The notes: generated by a model not told the origin, from the sequence alone. Counted from the stretch's first letter, positions 10,088 to 19,719 are shown. The stretch is 64,000 nucleotides of DNA from an uncultured cyanobacterium (GCA_963793265.1 CAWBZI010000001.1:544001-608000), one strand, 5' to 3'. Made by a program: numbers and translations.

Positions 10088-10152
10088 ACTCCCCTACCGC
10101 TAGATAGAATGTTCCTCGCCTCTGGCCCTTCTGCTTAGGGGTTTTCCTGTGC

Positions 10153-10851
10153 CTAAGCTAGCTGACGCCTAATGAATGCCTGGTTCTGTTCTAAAGAGAG
10201 CTGCAATTCGGAAAGCTGGTTGAGCTGCGCTTTAATTTTCTCGGCTTCTTTTTTGGCGGCAACTTTTTTGTAAAGAGCCGCGCGGGCTAAGTCTTCGCGG
10301 TTCTTTTTGAGGGCACGCTGGGCGACTCGATGCCAGGTGAGAACGTCTTGGGTGGCTTTTTCATAGTTAGGTAGGAGAGTGGTGGTCGCGATCGCAACAT
10401 TGCTCAGCGCCTCTTGAAACAGCAGCCTAGTCCGTTCAGGCGAGGCGCTTTCATTGGCATCTATTGCCGCTCTACGCGCTAAGCCAGTCACTTCAGGCAG
10501 CTTGATCTGGTTGAAGCGAAGGCCAAAATTATCGAGCTGAGCGCAGTCGCCACCCCCTGTTTTACACCAGTCGGCAAAGTGCTCACAGTTATTAAAGAAT
10601 AAATCGTACTGCCGTTCGCCTAAGCGACTTTCGGCCCGCTCTACTACGAATTCTGGAATGAAGGCAGTCGGTACGTTCTTGGTATATATCGCGCCGCCTC
10701 TAGCAAAAGAGTCTCGGGAGGTGCGTTTGATTTCGGCGTCGCCTGATTTGCTGTAGTGAATGACGCTGCCATCACCGCAGTCTATGCCGTGGTGCTCATA
10801 GGGAACGCCCGCAATTTCTCTATATGCGTAAATCTGATCGCCCCGTGCCAT
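10153..10851 (-). CDS. LRAT (permuted NlpC/P60) family acyltransferase/phospholipase with a C-terminal PspA/IM30-like helical segment
   Basis: YEHHGI.CGDGSVIHY and YDLFFNNCEHFA.WC motifs; C-terminus WHRVAQRALKKNREDLARAALYKK. Confidence 0.85.
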   Translation of the reverse strand: MARGDQIYAYREIAGVPYEHHGIDCGDGSVIHYSKSGDAEIKRTSRDSFARGGAIYTKNVPTAFIPEFVVERAESRLGERQYDLFFNNCEHFADWCKTGGGDCAQLDNFGLRFNQIKLPEVTGLARRAAIDANESASPERTRLLFQEALSNVAIATTTLLPNYEKATQDVLTWHRVAQRALKKNREDLARAALYKKVAAKKEAEKIKAQLNQLSELQLSLEQNQAFIRRQLA

Positions 10852-10891
10852 AGGTTTGTGTCCAGTTCAGCTAAGGTAATTGGCTTTAACC

Positions 10892-11338
10892 TTACTGTGC
10901 TGCCTGCGGCTTTGCGTCTTCTTGTTTTGCTATCAGTGCATGAATAGACGACATGCCCTTCGTCTGACGGGTTACGTTAATTTGAATATTAGGCCCAGAG
11001 CGGGCGAGCCGAATGACCAAACCATCTTGGACAGGCTTGCTTTCGATGCGCTGGCCCGCTAAATAAGTGCCGTTCGTGCCAATATTATGAATTTCCCAGC
11101 CGTCTTCACCCTGTCGTAGCTCTACGTGATGGCGCGATACTACGGCGCTGTAGAGAATAACGTCGTTGCTGACCGAGCGGCCAATACGGACGACTGGCTC
11201 TTCTTCAAACGTCCAGCTTTGTACAGGCGTTTTGTCGATGGGGTGCAGCAAAGAAAGAGTGATGACGTTGTTTAATGCAGACACAGGCGCAGGCACCAAA
11301 GAGGAAAGGACACAGGCGAATCTGGCGAAGAGACGCAC
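10892..11338 (-). CDS. FHA domain protein
   Basis: RIGRSVSND, VSRHH, GTNGTY; start codon uncertain. Confidence 0.9.
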   Translation of the reverse strand: MRLFARFACVLSSLVPAPVSALNNVITLSLLHPIDKTPVQSWTFEEEPVVRIGRSVSNDVILYSAVVSRHHVELRQGEDGWEIHNIGTNGTYLAGQRIESKPVQDGLVIRLARSGPNIQINVTRQTKGMSSIHALIAKQEDAKPQAAQ

Positions 11339-11369
11339 CTGAAACCAAATGCCTCAGAGGGCGAGGTGG

Positions 11370-12257
11370 CTAGGCCGTCTCAAAAATGAAGCTGACTTTA
11401 TCGCCTTTACCGAGGGCAATGCGATCGCCCGGACGCAGCCGATGACGGTTTCCCGCTGCTAGCGGTAGACCGTTGACGTAAGTGCCGTTAGAGCTACCAA
11501 CATCTTCGAGGTAGTAGACATCGCCTTCTACACGGAGATTGGCATGGACTCTAGAGACGACCTCGGAGTCTGGAAACCCAGACACATCAATGTCGGGAGG
11601 CGTTTGATCATTAGGTTTCCCAATCCGTACAACAGATAGCTGCCGGGGAATTTCGATTGGTGTGTCGGTTTGGGCGTGGCGCAGGCGAACATTGATGACC
11701 TGTAGCTGAGTGGCGTTTGCCGGTCTTTGCGCAGGTGGCGCAGGGGTTGCAACGGGCGGTGCGGCAGCGGGTGTTGCTGCTGCGGACGCTACGGGCGGAG
11801 CTGAAGCTTCTGTATCTGGCAAGACTGAGGCTTCGGGGCCTGTCTCATTAGCTGATTCGATACCGATGGGCTCGGGTTCAATGAGCGGATCGGGCATCAC
11901 CAAATCGGGCAGGTCAAAGTCAGGATCGAGGCTCGGGCCTGTTGTGTTACCTGCGCTACTGCTAACAGATGAACCACTCGTTGCAGTCGCTGGATTTTCT
12001 ACCAAGAAGTTCTGCGTCTTCATTTCAGAATCAGGTACGCCTGAAACTTCTGTTGAGGAAACACCAGAGGATTGCGAACTGGGTGTTGCTGAGGCTTCTC
12101 TAAGGTCGTTGCCACACTGGCCGCAAAAGCTAGCGTCTTCTTGGACAGGCGTGCCGCAGCTAGGGCACGGCACCATGGCTGGTAGGGGAGTGTAGCAGGC
12201 TTCACACTGAAGCGCACCTTCAGGATTTTGGTGATTGCAGTTCGGACAGGTAATCAT
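11370..12257 (-). CDS. Double zinc-ribbon plus FHA domain protein (FraH-like)
   Basis: CPNC/CEAC/CPSC/CGQC, Pro/Ala-rich linker, RIGK...VSRVHA...SSNGTY. Confidence 0.85.
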   Translation of the reverse strand: MITCPNCNHQNPEGALQCEACYTPLPAMVPCPSCGTPVQEDASFCGQCGNDLREASATPSSQSSGVSSTEVSGVPDSEMKTQNFLVENPATATSGSSVSSSAGNTTGPSLDPDFDLPDLVMPDPLIEPEPIGIESANETGPEASVLPDTEASAPPVASAAATPAAAPPVATPAPPAQRPANATQLQVINVRLRHAQTDTPIEIPRQLSVVRIGKPNDQTPPDIDVSGFPDSEVVSRVHANLRVEGDVYYLEDVGSSNGTYVNGLPLAAGNRHRLRPGDRIALGKGDKVSFIFETA

Positions 12258-12340
12258 AAAGAATTGACCCTAATGACGACAAAAAGGAGTGATTGAATGC
12301 TTAAAAAATAGCCGCCCGAGGCCGCTTGATTGGATATAGC

Positions 12341-13069
12341 TTACTTAAATTTCGTAGGGACGCCTTCTCCGGCAGCAGCATCTAGCAGCCATAGCGGGTC
12401 TGCTGGCTGAATAAGCTTGCTGGGATAGGTGTGGTCATCGGCTGTCTCTGAAAATACTTGAGACAGTGCCGTTTGTTTGTTTTCGCCAGCGACCAGAAAG
12501 ACGACCTGACGGCCCTGGTTAATTAATGGCGTGGTGAAGGTGATGCGGGGTTCGCCATCATGATTGCCTACGGTGACGAGGCGATCGCGCACATCTAGCG
12601 CATCGGTATGCGGAAACAAAGACGCCGTATGACCATCGTCTCCCATCCCTTGCAGTACAAAGTCCAGAGCAGGAAATTCCCCGTCCTTAGCGTCAAAGAA
12701 GTCTTTCAGCGTGGCTTCGTACTTGGCCGCGTCTACTGCCGGATCGCCTGCGCTCGTCGGCATCGGAAAGACATTGTCTGCTGGGATCGGAACGTGATTC
12801 AGCCAGGCTTCTCGCGTCATTCGCACGTTACTTTTCTCGTGGTCGTGAGGCACGTAGCGCTCATCGCCCCAAAATACAAAGACCTTTTCCCACGGGAGAT
12901 CTGCCTCTATCATTGAGGCGTATAGCGGCTTGGGCGTACTACCGCCGGATAGGACAATAGTGGCGCGATCGCGATCGGCTATCGCCTGCTTAATGCTTTT
13001 TATAGCAACGTCATGGGCGCGCTTAATCAATGCGGCCTTATCTGGCAAAATCTCAACGGTGGGGGCCAT
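12341..13069 (-). CDS. pgl: 6-phosphogluconolactonase
   Basis: LSGGSTP, FWGDERYVP, GMGDDGHTASLFP, RITFT. Confidence 0.95.
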   Translation of the reverse strand: MAPTVEILPDKAALIKRAHDVAIKSIKQAIADRDRATIVLSGGSTPKPLYASMIEADLPWEKVFVFWGDERYVPHDHEKSNVRMTREAWLNHVPIPADNVFPMPTSAGDPAVDAAKYEATLKDFFDAKDGEFPALDFVLQGMGDDGHTASLFPHTDALDVRDRLVTVGNHDGEPRITFTTPLINQGRQVVFLVAGENKQTALSQVFSETADDHTYPSKLIQPADPLWLLDAAAGEGVPTKFK

Positions 13070-13218
13070 AGAAGTTTCCTGCTGGTTTTTGTGAGAGGCT
13101 TGATACGTGACAGCTTAGCGCGATGGTTCACCACTTTAAATAGCGGTTTCTATCGTGAACTTCAGGGTGCTTTTATGCCGCTAAAATCGTCAGTGGCAAA
13201 CTCTGCACCTTATAACTT

Positions 13219-13956
13219 ATGCTCTCTGTCGTTTTGCCTTGTTTTAATGAAGCGCGTCACGGCTATTTGCCCAAAATATTAGAGAACCTGTGCCAGCAGG
13301 AAGGCGAAAAGCAGCTTATTGCAGTAGTAAGTCCTAGCGCTGACGATACGCTCTGGATGGTCAAGCAATTTTCCGACTTTGAGATTATTGAAGCGGAGGC
13401 TGGCAACCGCGCGCAAAGGCTAAACGTGGGGATCGCCGCTAGTATGGGCAAGGCTGTACTGCTACATCATCCTGCAACTTTGCTACCGGAGAAGATAGCG
13501 TTAATGCAGGCTGAGGAGGCTTTATCGTCTGCGGCATGGGGCGGATTTGTGCATAGCTTTGATATGGATCACTGGCTGCTGCGGTTTACTTCTTGGTATT
13601 CGACGAGGCAGCGATCACAACGTCAGCGCATCCTTTACTTAGATCACTGCATTTTTGCTAGGCGGCAGGTGCTTATCGAGATTGGTGGGGTGCCTGATAT
13701 GGATATTTTTGAAGACACGGCGCTGAGTTTGGCGCTAGCAAGGTGGGGGGCTCCGGCGATCGCACCCGGCAAGGTCATTACCTCAGCTCGGCGGTTTCGC
13801 GATCGCGGCATCTATCAGCAGGCTCTGCTCAACCAGCTATTAAAGGTGATGTATCTGACCCACCAAGATCCGAAAAAACTCAACTGGCTATACGAAAGTA
13901 AAAGTCAGATTAATGTGGCTTACTCAGAGACTTTAGAGGGGTTAGACCAAGAGTAG
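13219..13956 (+). CDS. Family 2 glycosyltransferase (TIGR04283-like)
   Basis: LSVVLPCFNEA, RAQRLNVG, GGVPDMDIFED, ITSARRF. Confidence 0.75.
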   Translation: MLSVVLPCFNEARHGYLPKILENLCQQEGEKQLIAVVSPSADDTLWMVKQFSDFEIIEAEAGNRAQRLNVGIAASMGKAVLLHHPATLLPEKIALMQAEEALSSAAWGGFVHSFDMDHWLLRFTSWYSTRQRSQRQRILYLDHCIFARRQVLIEIGGVPDMDIFEDTALSLALARWGAPAIAPGKVITSARRFRDRGIYQQALLNQLLKVMYLTHQDPKKLNWLYESKSQINVAYSETLEGLDQE

Positions 13957-14168
13957 TGTGGCTTGGAAATCCCATCAACTAAAGTAAATATAAAGTAGAG
14001 TAGGCGGGCATATTGAATTCGATTGATAATTCTTTGATGATTTGATAGTTGCTGCACTTAGGGGTTCGCTATTTCATCAAATTTGCTTTATTCTTGTTGA
14101 AAAATCGTACTGTTTTTGACTGCATCATCAGGCAAAATGGTGTATCGAACTCATCTCGCTGGAACTTT

Positions 14169-14972
14169 ATGACTCCCTCTGTACCGCCCAAGGCTCCTTT
14201 TCCCAAAGAAAATATTCCCTCGCCGCTGGCGGCTACTTCTTTGAAGCTGGTGGGAGCCATCACGATTTTGGCTGCGCTGATTGACTTTTTAACGCTGCTA
14301 TTTCCGCCTCAGTTTGGCAATAGAGCCTGGCAGCTAGCAACCACAACTCAGCTTGTAGATCGCGGAATTGTGCCGCTGGTTGGGATTGCGCTGCTGTTTA
14401 CGGGCTACTGGATTGATAGCAGCATTGGGCGATCGCCTCGTCGGGTGAGCCTAGCCGTAGACGCTCGATTTTGGACGTGCTTACTCTCTTGCTTGCTAGG
14501 TCTAATCTTTCTGCTTACAACGGTACTGCACCCCAATAACGTGCGGATTCAGAGTCGTGAGGCGCTTGAGCAGGTAGAGACAGAGGCGACTGCCGCGACC
14601 GACCAGCTACAGGGCCGTTTGGATGCTGATTTGAATCAGAGACGGGCTCAAATTGCGGCGCTTTTGCAGAATGAGGATCAGTTGCAAGCAGCGATCGCAA
14701 ATGGTGACTTAGACGAGGCTCAGCTTGCGCAAATTGAGCGTTTCCGCAGCGATCCAGAAGCATTGAACGCCTTTTTGAACGAGCAGGTTGGTGAAGCGCA
14801 GAACCAACTGCAAAGTCGTATTGGTGAGCAGAAAAGAGACGCTACCGAACGGCTCAGAGCAGAAGCGCTTAAAGCGACAATCCGGGTAACGCTGAGCAGT
14901 TTGCTGTTGGCGATTGGCTATACGTACATCGGCTGGCAGGGCTTGCGCCGGTTGCTGGCGATGGTTAGGTAA
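14169..14972 (+). CDS. hpsJ: HpsJ family membrane protein (hormogonium polysaccharide secretion-associated)
   Basis: WQLATTTQLVDRGIVPLVG motif, 3 N-terminal TM helices, coiled coil, C-terminal TM; probable start ATG 14169. Confidence 0.7.
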   Translation: MTPSVPPKAPFPKENIPSPLAATSLKLVGAITILAALIDFLTLLFPPQFGNRAWQLATTTQLVDRGIVPLVGIALLFTGYWIDSSIGRSPRRVSLAVDARFWTCLLSCLLGLIFLLTTVLHPNNVRIQSREALEQVETEATAATDQLQGRLDADLNQRRAQIAALLQNEDQLQAAIANGDLDEAQLAQIERFRSDPEALNAFLNEQVGEAQNQLQSRIGEQKRDATERLRAEALKATIRVTLSSLLLAIGYTYIGWQGLRRLLAMVR

Positions 14973-14985
14973 TAGCTGCGTCGGA

Positions 14986-15009
14986 GGGCGTAAAGCCTTA
15001 CGCTCCTAC
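14986..15009. repeat. GTAG-type REP-like palindrome
   Basis: GGGCGTAAAGCCTTACGCTCCTAC; near-identical to 43097-43118; lies between convergent genes. Confidence 0.7.
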
Positions 15010-15020
15010 GGTGTTGGGTT

Positions 15021-15881
15021 TTAGCTCAGTGCGGTCATCATGGCCTGCTGGGCAACTGTTTGATAAAGGGCTTTGAAGTGGGCCATGACGATTTGAGCTT
15101 CGGTGGTTGCCAGCGGCATATCTCCAATCACGTCTAGAACGGTTTGCTCGGTAGGCATAATCACAACTAAGGAAGGATCTAGGGGGGCGTCGTACTGCCA
15201 GAATTCTTCTATTTGGAGTGTGGGTTGAGCGGCTGGTTGGGTGCGATCGCTCTCATCGATACTCGCTTCAACTTTAGGCGCGGCTGAAGAATCTTCGGTC
15301 GCGTCTTTTTGATCGCCTGCTTCTGCTTGAATTGCTAATTGACGCTGCTGCCGTAAGGCTTCAAGAATTTGTTCTTTGGTACGGCCTCGGAGCTGAAAGA
15401 GGACAAAGGGATCTTCGCGGAAGAAGTCACCGAGCTGATAGTAAACGGCAGCAATATGCTTACAGGGATTCTTAGGATCGGGGCAACTGCATTTGGAGTT
15501 GACGTCAGAGAGAGTGAAAGGAAATAAGCTGAGGCCGTTAGACGTAAAGACTTTCTCAATGTCATCAGGCATTTCTCCGGCGAGAAGCTGCGCAGAATAA
15601 AGGGCTTGTTTACCTAACGTATCGATTACAAAGCCCCAGTCTTCGTCAGTAAATCGCTCGATCCAAATGGAGAGCTGATAGGGTTCGTTAGCGGTGCCCT
15701 GAACTTTGGCGTGAACTTTTGAGTTTTTGAACTCTAGGCTGAGGATGTGGCCCTGGCGGGCGTAGTTGCGGCCACGCTCCAGGCGCTTTTTGAAGCGATA
15801 GGAATTGAGCAAATCTACCCACTGCTGTACCCACCAGGTATCTTCTTGGGCAGCAGGCGGTTGAGGGGCGCTATAGGTCAT
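15021..15881 (-). CDS. SWIM zinc finger family protein
   Basis: RLERGRNYA, AKVQGT, CSCPD..NPCKHIAAV, DPFVLFQLRG. Confidence 0.9.
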   Translation of the reverse strand: MTYSAPQPPAAQEDTWWVQQWVDLLNSYRFKKRLERGRNYARQGHILSLEFKNSKVHAKVQGTANEPYQLSIWIERFTDEDWGFVIDTLGKQALYSAQLLAGEMPDDIEKVFTSNGLSLFPFTLSDVNSKCSCPDPKNPCKHIAAVYYQLGDFFREDPFVLFQLRGRTKEQILEALRQQRQLAIQAEAGDQKDATEDSSAAPKVEASIDESDRTQPAAQPTLQIEEFWQYDAPLDPSLVVIMPTEQTVLDVIGDMPLATTEAQIVMAHFKALYQTVAQQAMMTALS

Positions 15882-15946
15882 AGGTGTAGGCGAGATGATG
15901 TTGGGGTTGTACCTTAAAACTTACTACAGGTCGATTGCTGAATTCA

Positions 15947-17359
15947 TCAGCTTTGCGCCACAGGCATCTGACTCATTTGCTGTAGGTCTAAAACTTTGCT
16001 CAAGGTCGCTTCATCCATGAGCTGCCGGTCTAAGACGATTTGGCGTAAAGACTGGCCGGTTTCGAGCGATTCTTTGGCAACTGCTGCCGCGTTCAAGTAT
16101 CCAATGTGAGTATTTAGGGCGGTGACTAACGCTAAGCTGCCTTCTGCATAGTCCATGCAGCGCTCAGGAAAGGCGGTGATGCCTTGTAAGCATTTGGTGT
16201 CTAGAGCTTCGAGGGTGTTGCCTAGTATTTCAATGCTGTGAATGAGGTCGTAGGCGATGAGCGGCATCATCACGTTGAGTTCGAGCTGACCAGCTTGGGC
16301 GCAAAGGGCGATCGCACTCCCGTAGCCCATCACCTGAAAGCACACCATAGATGTCATCTCAGCCATGACTGGATTGTATTTACCCGGCATGATAGATGAG
16401 CCTGGCTGCACGGGCGGAAGCTGAATTTCTTTGAGGCCGGTCTTGGGCCCAGAGTCTAAAAGTCTGAGGTCGTGGGAGATTTTGACGAGATCTTGAGCGA
16501 GGTTGGTGAGGGCGCTGCTGACGGCGACGAAAGGGGCCATGCTCTGCATGGCAGCCATTAAGTGAGGGGCGCTGGTGATGGGCTGCTGAAGGTAGTCGGA
16601 GAGAATTTCGGCAACGCGGAAACGGTAGTCAGGATGTGTGTTGAGGCCAGTGCCAGTGGCGCTGCCGCCGAGCCCTAAAACGGCGAGTTCTTCAGCAGCA
16701 GTTTTGAGGCGCTTTTGGTGGCCCGTAAGGATGTGTTCCCAGGCGCGGAAGCCTTCACCGAGTCGGACGGGGACGGCATCTTGCATGTGGGTGCGGCCTG
16801 AGCGTACGACAGCTTGGAATTCGGTGGCTTTGGATTTTAGCGTCGCGATCGCCCCTTCCAAAGCCGGGTACAGCGAATGCTCTAGCGCCAAAATCCCACC
16901 GACGCGAATCGCCGTTGGAATTACATCATTCGTGGACTGCCCGTAGTTCACATGGTCGTTAGGGCTCACCCGTGCGTAATTCCCCTTCTCATCGCCCAGT
17001 ATTTCTAGCGCCCGATTCGCCAGCACCTCATTCACATTCATATGATGTGACGTGCCCGCTCCCGCCTGATACACATCAACCACGAACTGATCTCGCAGGC
17101 TCCCAGCCAAGATCTCATTGGTTGCCTGAACAATGGCTTCACTAATATCACCCGGAATGCACTCAAGCTCTCCATTTGCCGTTGCCGTTGCCTTTTTAAT
17201 CAGCAGGCAAGCATCAGCGTAAGTTTCTAACGGCTTTAGCCCGCTAATCGGAAAATTTTGAATTGCCCTCAGCGTTTGAATGCCATAGTAAGCCTCCGCT
17301 GGAATCTCCATCTCTCCCATAGAGTCTTTTTCGATGCGGATATTGGCTGCTTCTACCAT
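15947..17359 (-). CDS. aspA: Aspartate ammonia-lyase (fumarase/aspartase superfamily)
   Basis: RIEKDSMG, YYGIQT.RA..NF, QSTND, GRTHMQDA, GSSIMPGKYNP, GQLELNVM. Confidence 0.85.
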   Translation of the reverse strand: MVEAANIRIEKDSMGEMEIPAEAYYGIQTLRAIQNFPISGLKPLETYADACLLIKKATATANGELECIPGDISEAIVQATNEILAGSLRDQFVVDVYQAGAGTSHHMNVNEVLANRALEILGDEKGNYARVSPNDHVNYGQSTNDVIPTAIRVGGILALEHSLYPALEGAIATLKSKATEFQAVVRSGRTHMQDAVPVRLGEGFRAWEHILTGHQKRLKTAAEELAVLGLGGSATGTGLNTHPDYRFRVAEILSDYLQQPITSAPHLMAAMQSMAPFVAVSSALTNLAQDLVKISHDLRLLDSGPKTGLKEIQLPPVQPGSSIMPGKYNPVMAEMTSMVCFQVMGYGSAIALCAQAGQLELNVMMPLIAYDLIHSIEILGNTLEALDTKCLQGITAFPERCMDYAEGSLALVTALNTHIGYLNAAAVAKESLETGQSLRQIVLDRQLMDEATLSKVLDLQQMSQMPVAQS

Positions 17360-17585
17360 GGCTAATTATTCTCAACGCGACGGATGAGGCTCGGTTAGGG
17401 GAACGTTTCAGATCTTAAGCTTTTATGCCAACATCAGAAGCATCGGCTTACTATCCAACTAGCCTTGATATGACCTAACTGGGCACAATGAGCGCAAGCG
17501 GCAGCGCAGCAGCAGAACTTGATAAAAGGCATTATGTCATGCGGCTTGTTGGTCATTACGGATAACAGCACTACGATTAACAGCA

Positions 17586-18581
17586 GTGGTTACTTCTCTT
17601 CCTAATTTTACGGCCAATCTTCGCAAGCAAGATAGTTTTAGAGCGCTCTCTAACGTTGAAGAAATGGCTAGCTTTGATGAGCCGCCACCGCTGCCGTCAC
17701 CACCGTCTTCTGTCAATGCAGCGCTACCTGATATAGCACTATGCTCAGAGCCAGCAGACGCGGAGCCGACCGCTGGCAGCCAGGATATTAAAACCTTAAT
17801 CGGTCAGGGCTTTGAGCTGCGTAATGCAGGCAATTATAAAGGCGCAATCAAACGGTTTGATCGCGTCATCGCCCAAGATCAAACCTCTCCTAAGCCTTTT
17901 TTGTACCGCGCACAAACCCTAATTCAGATAAGGGCTTACGAAGCGGCGCTTAAGGATTTTCGTACGGTGCTACAGCTCGACCCTACAAACGTGCGCGCCT
18001 GGCATGGTCAGGGCGTAGCCAAAGCTGAGCTGAGGCTGTATCCCTCGGCAGTCGATAGCTTTGATCGGGCGCTAACCTGTGACCCTAATAATGACAAGAT
18101 TTGGTATAACCGGGGTCGCGCGTTGCTTAAGCTAGAGCAGCATGATAGAGCTTTAGAAAGTTTTGATAGAGCCGTTGCGCTCAATAAATATAGATATCAT
18201 GCCTGGTATTCTCGGGCGCTGGCTCAGGCGGCTTTGGAGCTGATTCAACCGGCTATTGAGAGCCTGGAAGAGGCCACAGCGCTCAAGGAAAGCTGTCACT
18301 ATGCCTGGAACTATCGGGGCACTTTGCTCAATCGCTTGTTTAATCATCAAGAGGCGCTAAAAAGCTTTAGAGAGTCTTTGGAGCACCGTACGCCCAATCC
18401 TAATGCCTGGTACGGGTTGGCTTCTACCTACGCGCTTCTAGATGATCCAGATTCGACGGCGATTCATCTGCGTCAGGCGATTCAGCTCAACCCCAGTATC
18501 TATAGCCTGATGGCCCGCAACGACAACAGTTTCGATTTAGTTCGCGACCATCCTAAAGTAGCTAGCGTTTTGCGTGACTAG
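17586..18581 (+). CDS. Tetratricopeptide repeat protein
   Basis: Multiple 34-aa TPRs (AWHGQG, IWYNRG, AWYSRA, AWNYRG, AWYGLA). Confidence 0.88.
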   Translation: MVTSLPNFTANLRKQDSFRALSNVEEMASFDEPPPLPSPPSSVNAALPDIALCSEPADAEPTAGSQDIKTLIGQGFELRNAGNYKGAIKRFDRVIAQDQTSPKPFLYRAQTLIQIRAYEAALKDFRTVLQLDPTNVRAWHGQGVAKAELRLYPSAVDSFDRALTCDPNNDKIWYNRGRALLKLEQHDRALESFDRAVALNKYRYHAWYSRALAQAALELIQPAIESLEEATALKESCHYAWNYRGTLLNRLFNHQEALKSFRESLEHRTPNPNAWYGLASTYALLDDPDSTAIHLRQAIQLNPSIYSLMARNDNSFDLVRDHPKVASVLRD

Positions 18582-18597
18582 CTGTTTTGAGAGGGCA

Positions 18598-19581
18598 CTA
18601 AGCAACCTGATAGCCTAATTTTTCTAGTAGAGGGCCTGCTGACTGCTGACAAAGCGCAATATCGGCTTCAGAAAGTTCTTCTTTCCAGGCGTCAATAACG
18701 CCTTTCCTGACGTGCTGTCCTTCTCCTTTGTGTTTTATCTTTTCAATGCTAAAGGCTTCAGCGATCGCACAAATATCTGATTCATCGGCAGATACTTCCA
18801 AAAACTCAAAGGCACTTTGCAGAGAAACCGCTGTGTTTTGCCTGAGATCTTCGTATCGAATGCGTAGAATGCGATCGCACATAGCCGCATCTTGCCTACA
18901 TTTCTCCGTCACCTCAAGGCTCCGAGTCCACTGCTTCACAAGCTGATAAGTGGGTTTAGCCGCCCAGGTTTGAGTTTTGGCACGCGCCTGCCAAGAGGCA
19001 CAAACCCCTCTAACGTCTCTGACAATTTCAACGACTTTCGCTTCTGGAAAAGACTTGAGAATGACGTCTGAGTATTTGACGTGCATCGGCGTCTTTTCAA
19101 GCATGATCTTGTTGCGATCGCCCCCCTGCTCATAAAAAGAGAACGCCAAAACAGATTCAATCAGCCGACTCACCTTCGTAAGGTCGCTGCCCTCTTCAGA
19201 CTTTGCCTTCTCAACTAGCGCTAAAAATTTGGGGTAGTCAACGCACATATGAGGCCCCGAATATTGCCCGCTGCGCTGATAAAAGCGATAGATTCTAGGC
19301 AGCGCGGCCCAAATATTGCGGCTGTTAAAACCCGTAATAATAGGCGCGATTCCAAAGTTCTTGAATATCCAAGCTCTCTTTTCGATTCTCTTTTTCCAAG
19401 TCAGCTTTTCAAGATAGGTAAAAGGATCGTAGAAGAGTTTATACAGGTGGCTCTCGCCTGCTAGCTTGACGATATCTGGATGTTGAGCGAGCATTTCTGC
19501 AGCCCAAGATGTTCCAGAGCGCGGACAGCCGACAACGAAAAGTTTGCGATGAGGCAGGTCGTAAGACACAATCTGATGCAT
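18598..19581 (-). CDS. Sulfotransferase family protein
   Basis: 5'-PSB GCPRSGTSW, EKTP, 3'-PB IVRDVRGVCASW, RYEDL, RKG...WK. Confidence 0.9.
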   Translation of the reverse strand: MHQIVSYDLPHRKLFVVGCPRSGTSWAAEMLAQHPDIVKLAGESHLYKLFYDPFTYLEKLTWKKRIEKRAWIFKNFGIAPIITGFNSRNIWAALPRIYRFYQRSGQYSGPHMCVDYPKFLALVEKAKSEEGSDLTKVSRLIESVLAFSFYEQGGDRNKIMLEKTPMHVKYSDVILKSFPEAKVVEIVRDVRGVCASWQARAKTQTWAAKPTYQLVKQWTRSLEVTEKCRQDAAMCDRILRIRYEDLRQNTAVSLQSAFEFLEVSADESDICAIAEAFSIEKIKHKGEGQHVRKGVIDAWKEELSEADIALCQQSAGPLLEKLGYQVA

Positions 19582-19675
19582 GGGCCGTTGGATCTTGTTG
19601 TACTCAGTAGGCTACGTTAATTTAGTATAGTTTTTGACTTACGTTCCGTAGTTGAGCATACTAACGCTCTTTTGC

Positions 19676-19719
19676 GATGTCGAGGTGATGTCGAGGTGAT
19701 GTCGAGGTCACGTCAAGCT
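19676..19719. repeat. 11-bp tandem repeat GATGTCGAGGT x3 plus a degenerate fourth copy
   Basis: Copies at 19676, 19687 and 19698, then CACGTCAAGCT; in the divergent sulfotransferase/helicase promoter region. Confidence 0.85.

Noticed and set aside
11710..12195. Long antisense ORFs (this one and e.g. 27770-28201, 40218-40658, 26099-26425)
   Set aside because: They are shadows of well-supported genes on the opposite strand, with no recognisable motifs
14179..14190. CTGTACCGCCCA identical to the 3' end of tRNA-Val (possible att site)
   Set aside because: Only 12 bp, inside the hpsJ coding start, with no integrase, and the intervening genes look like ordinary chromosome
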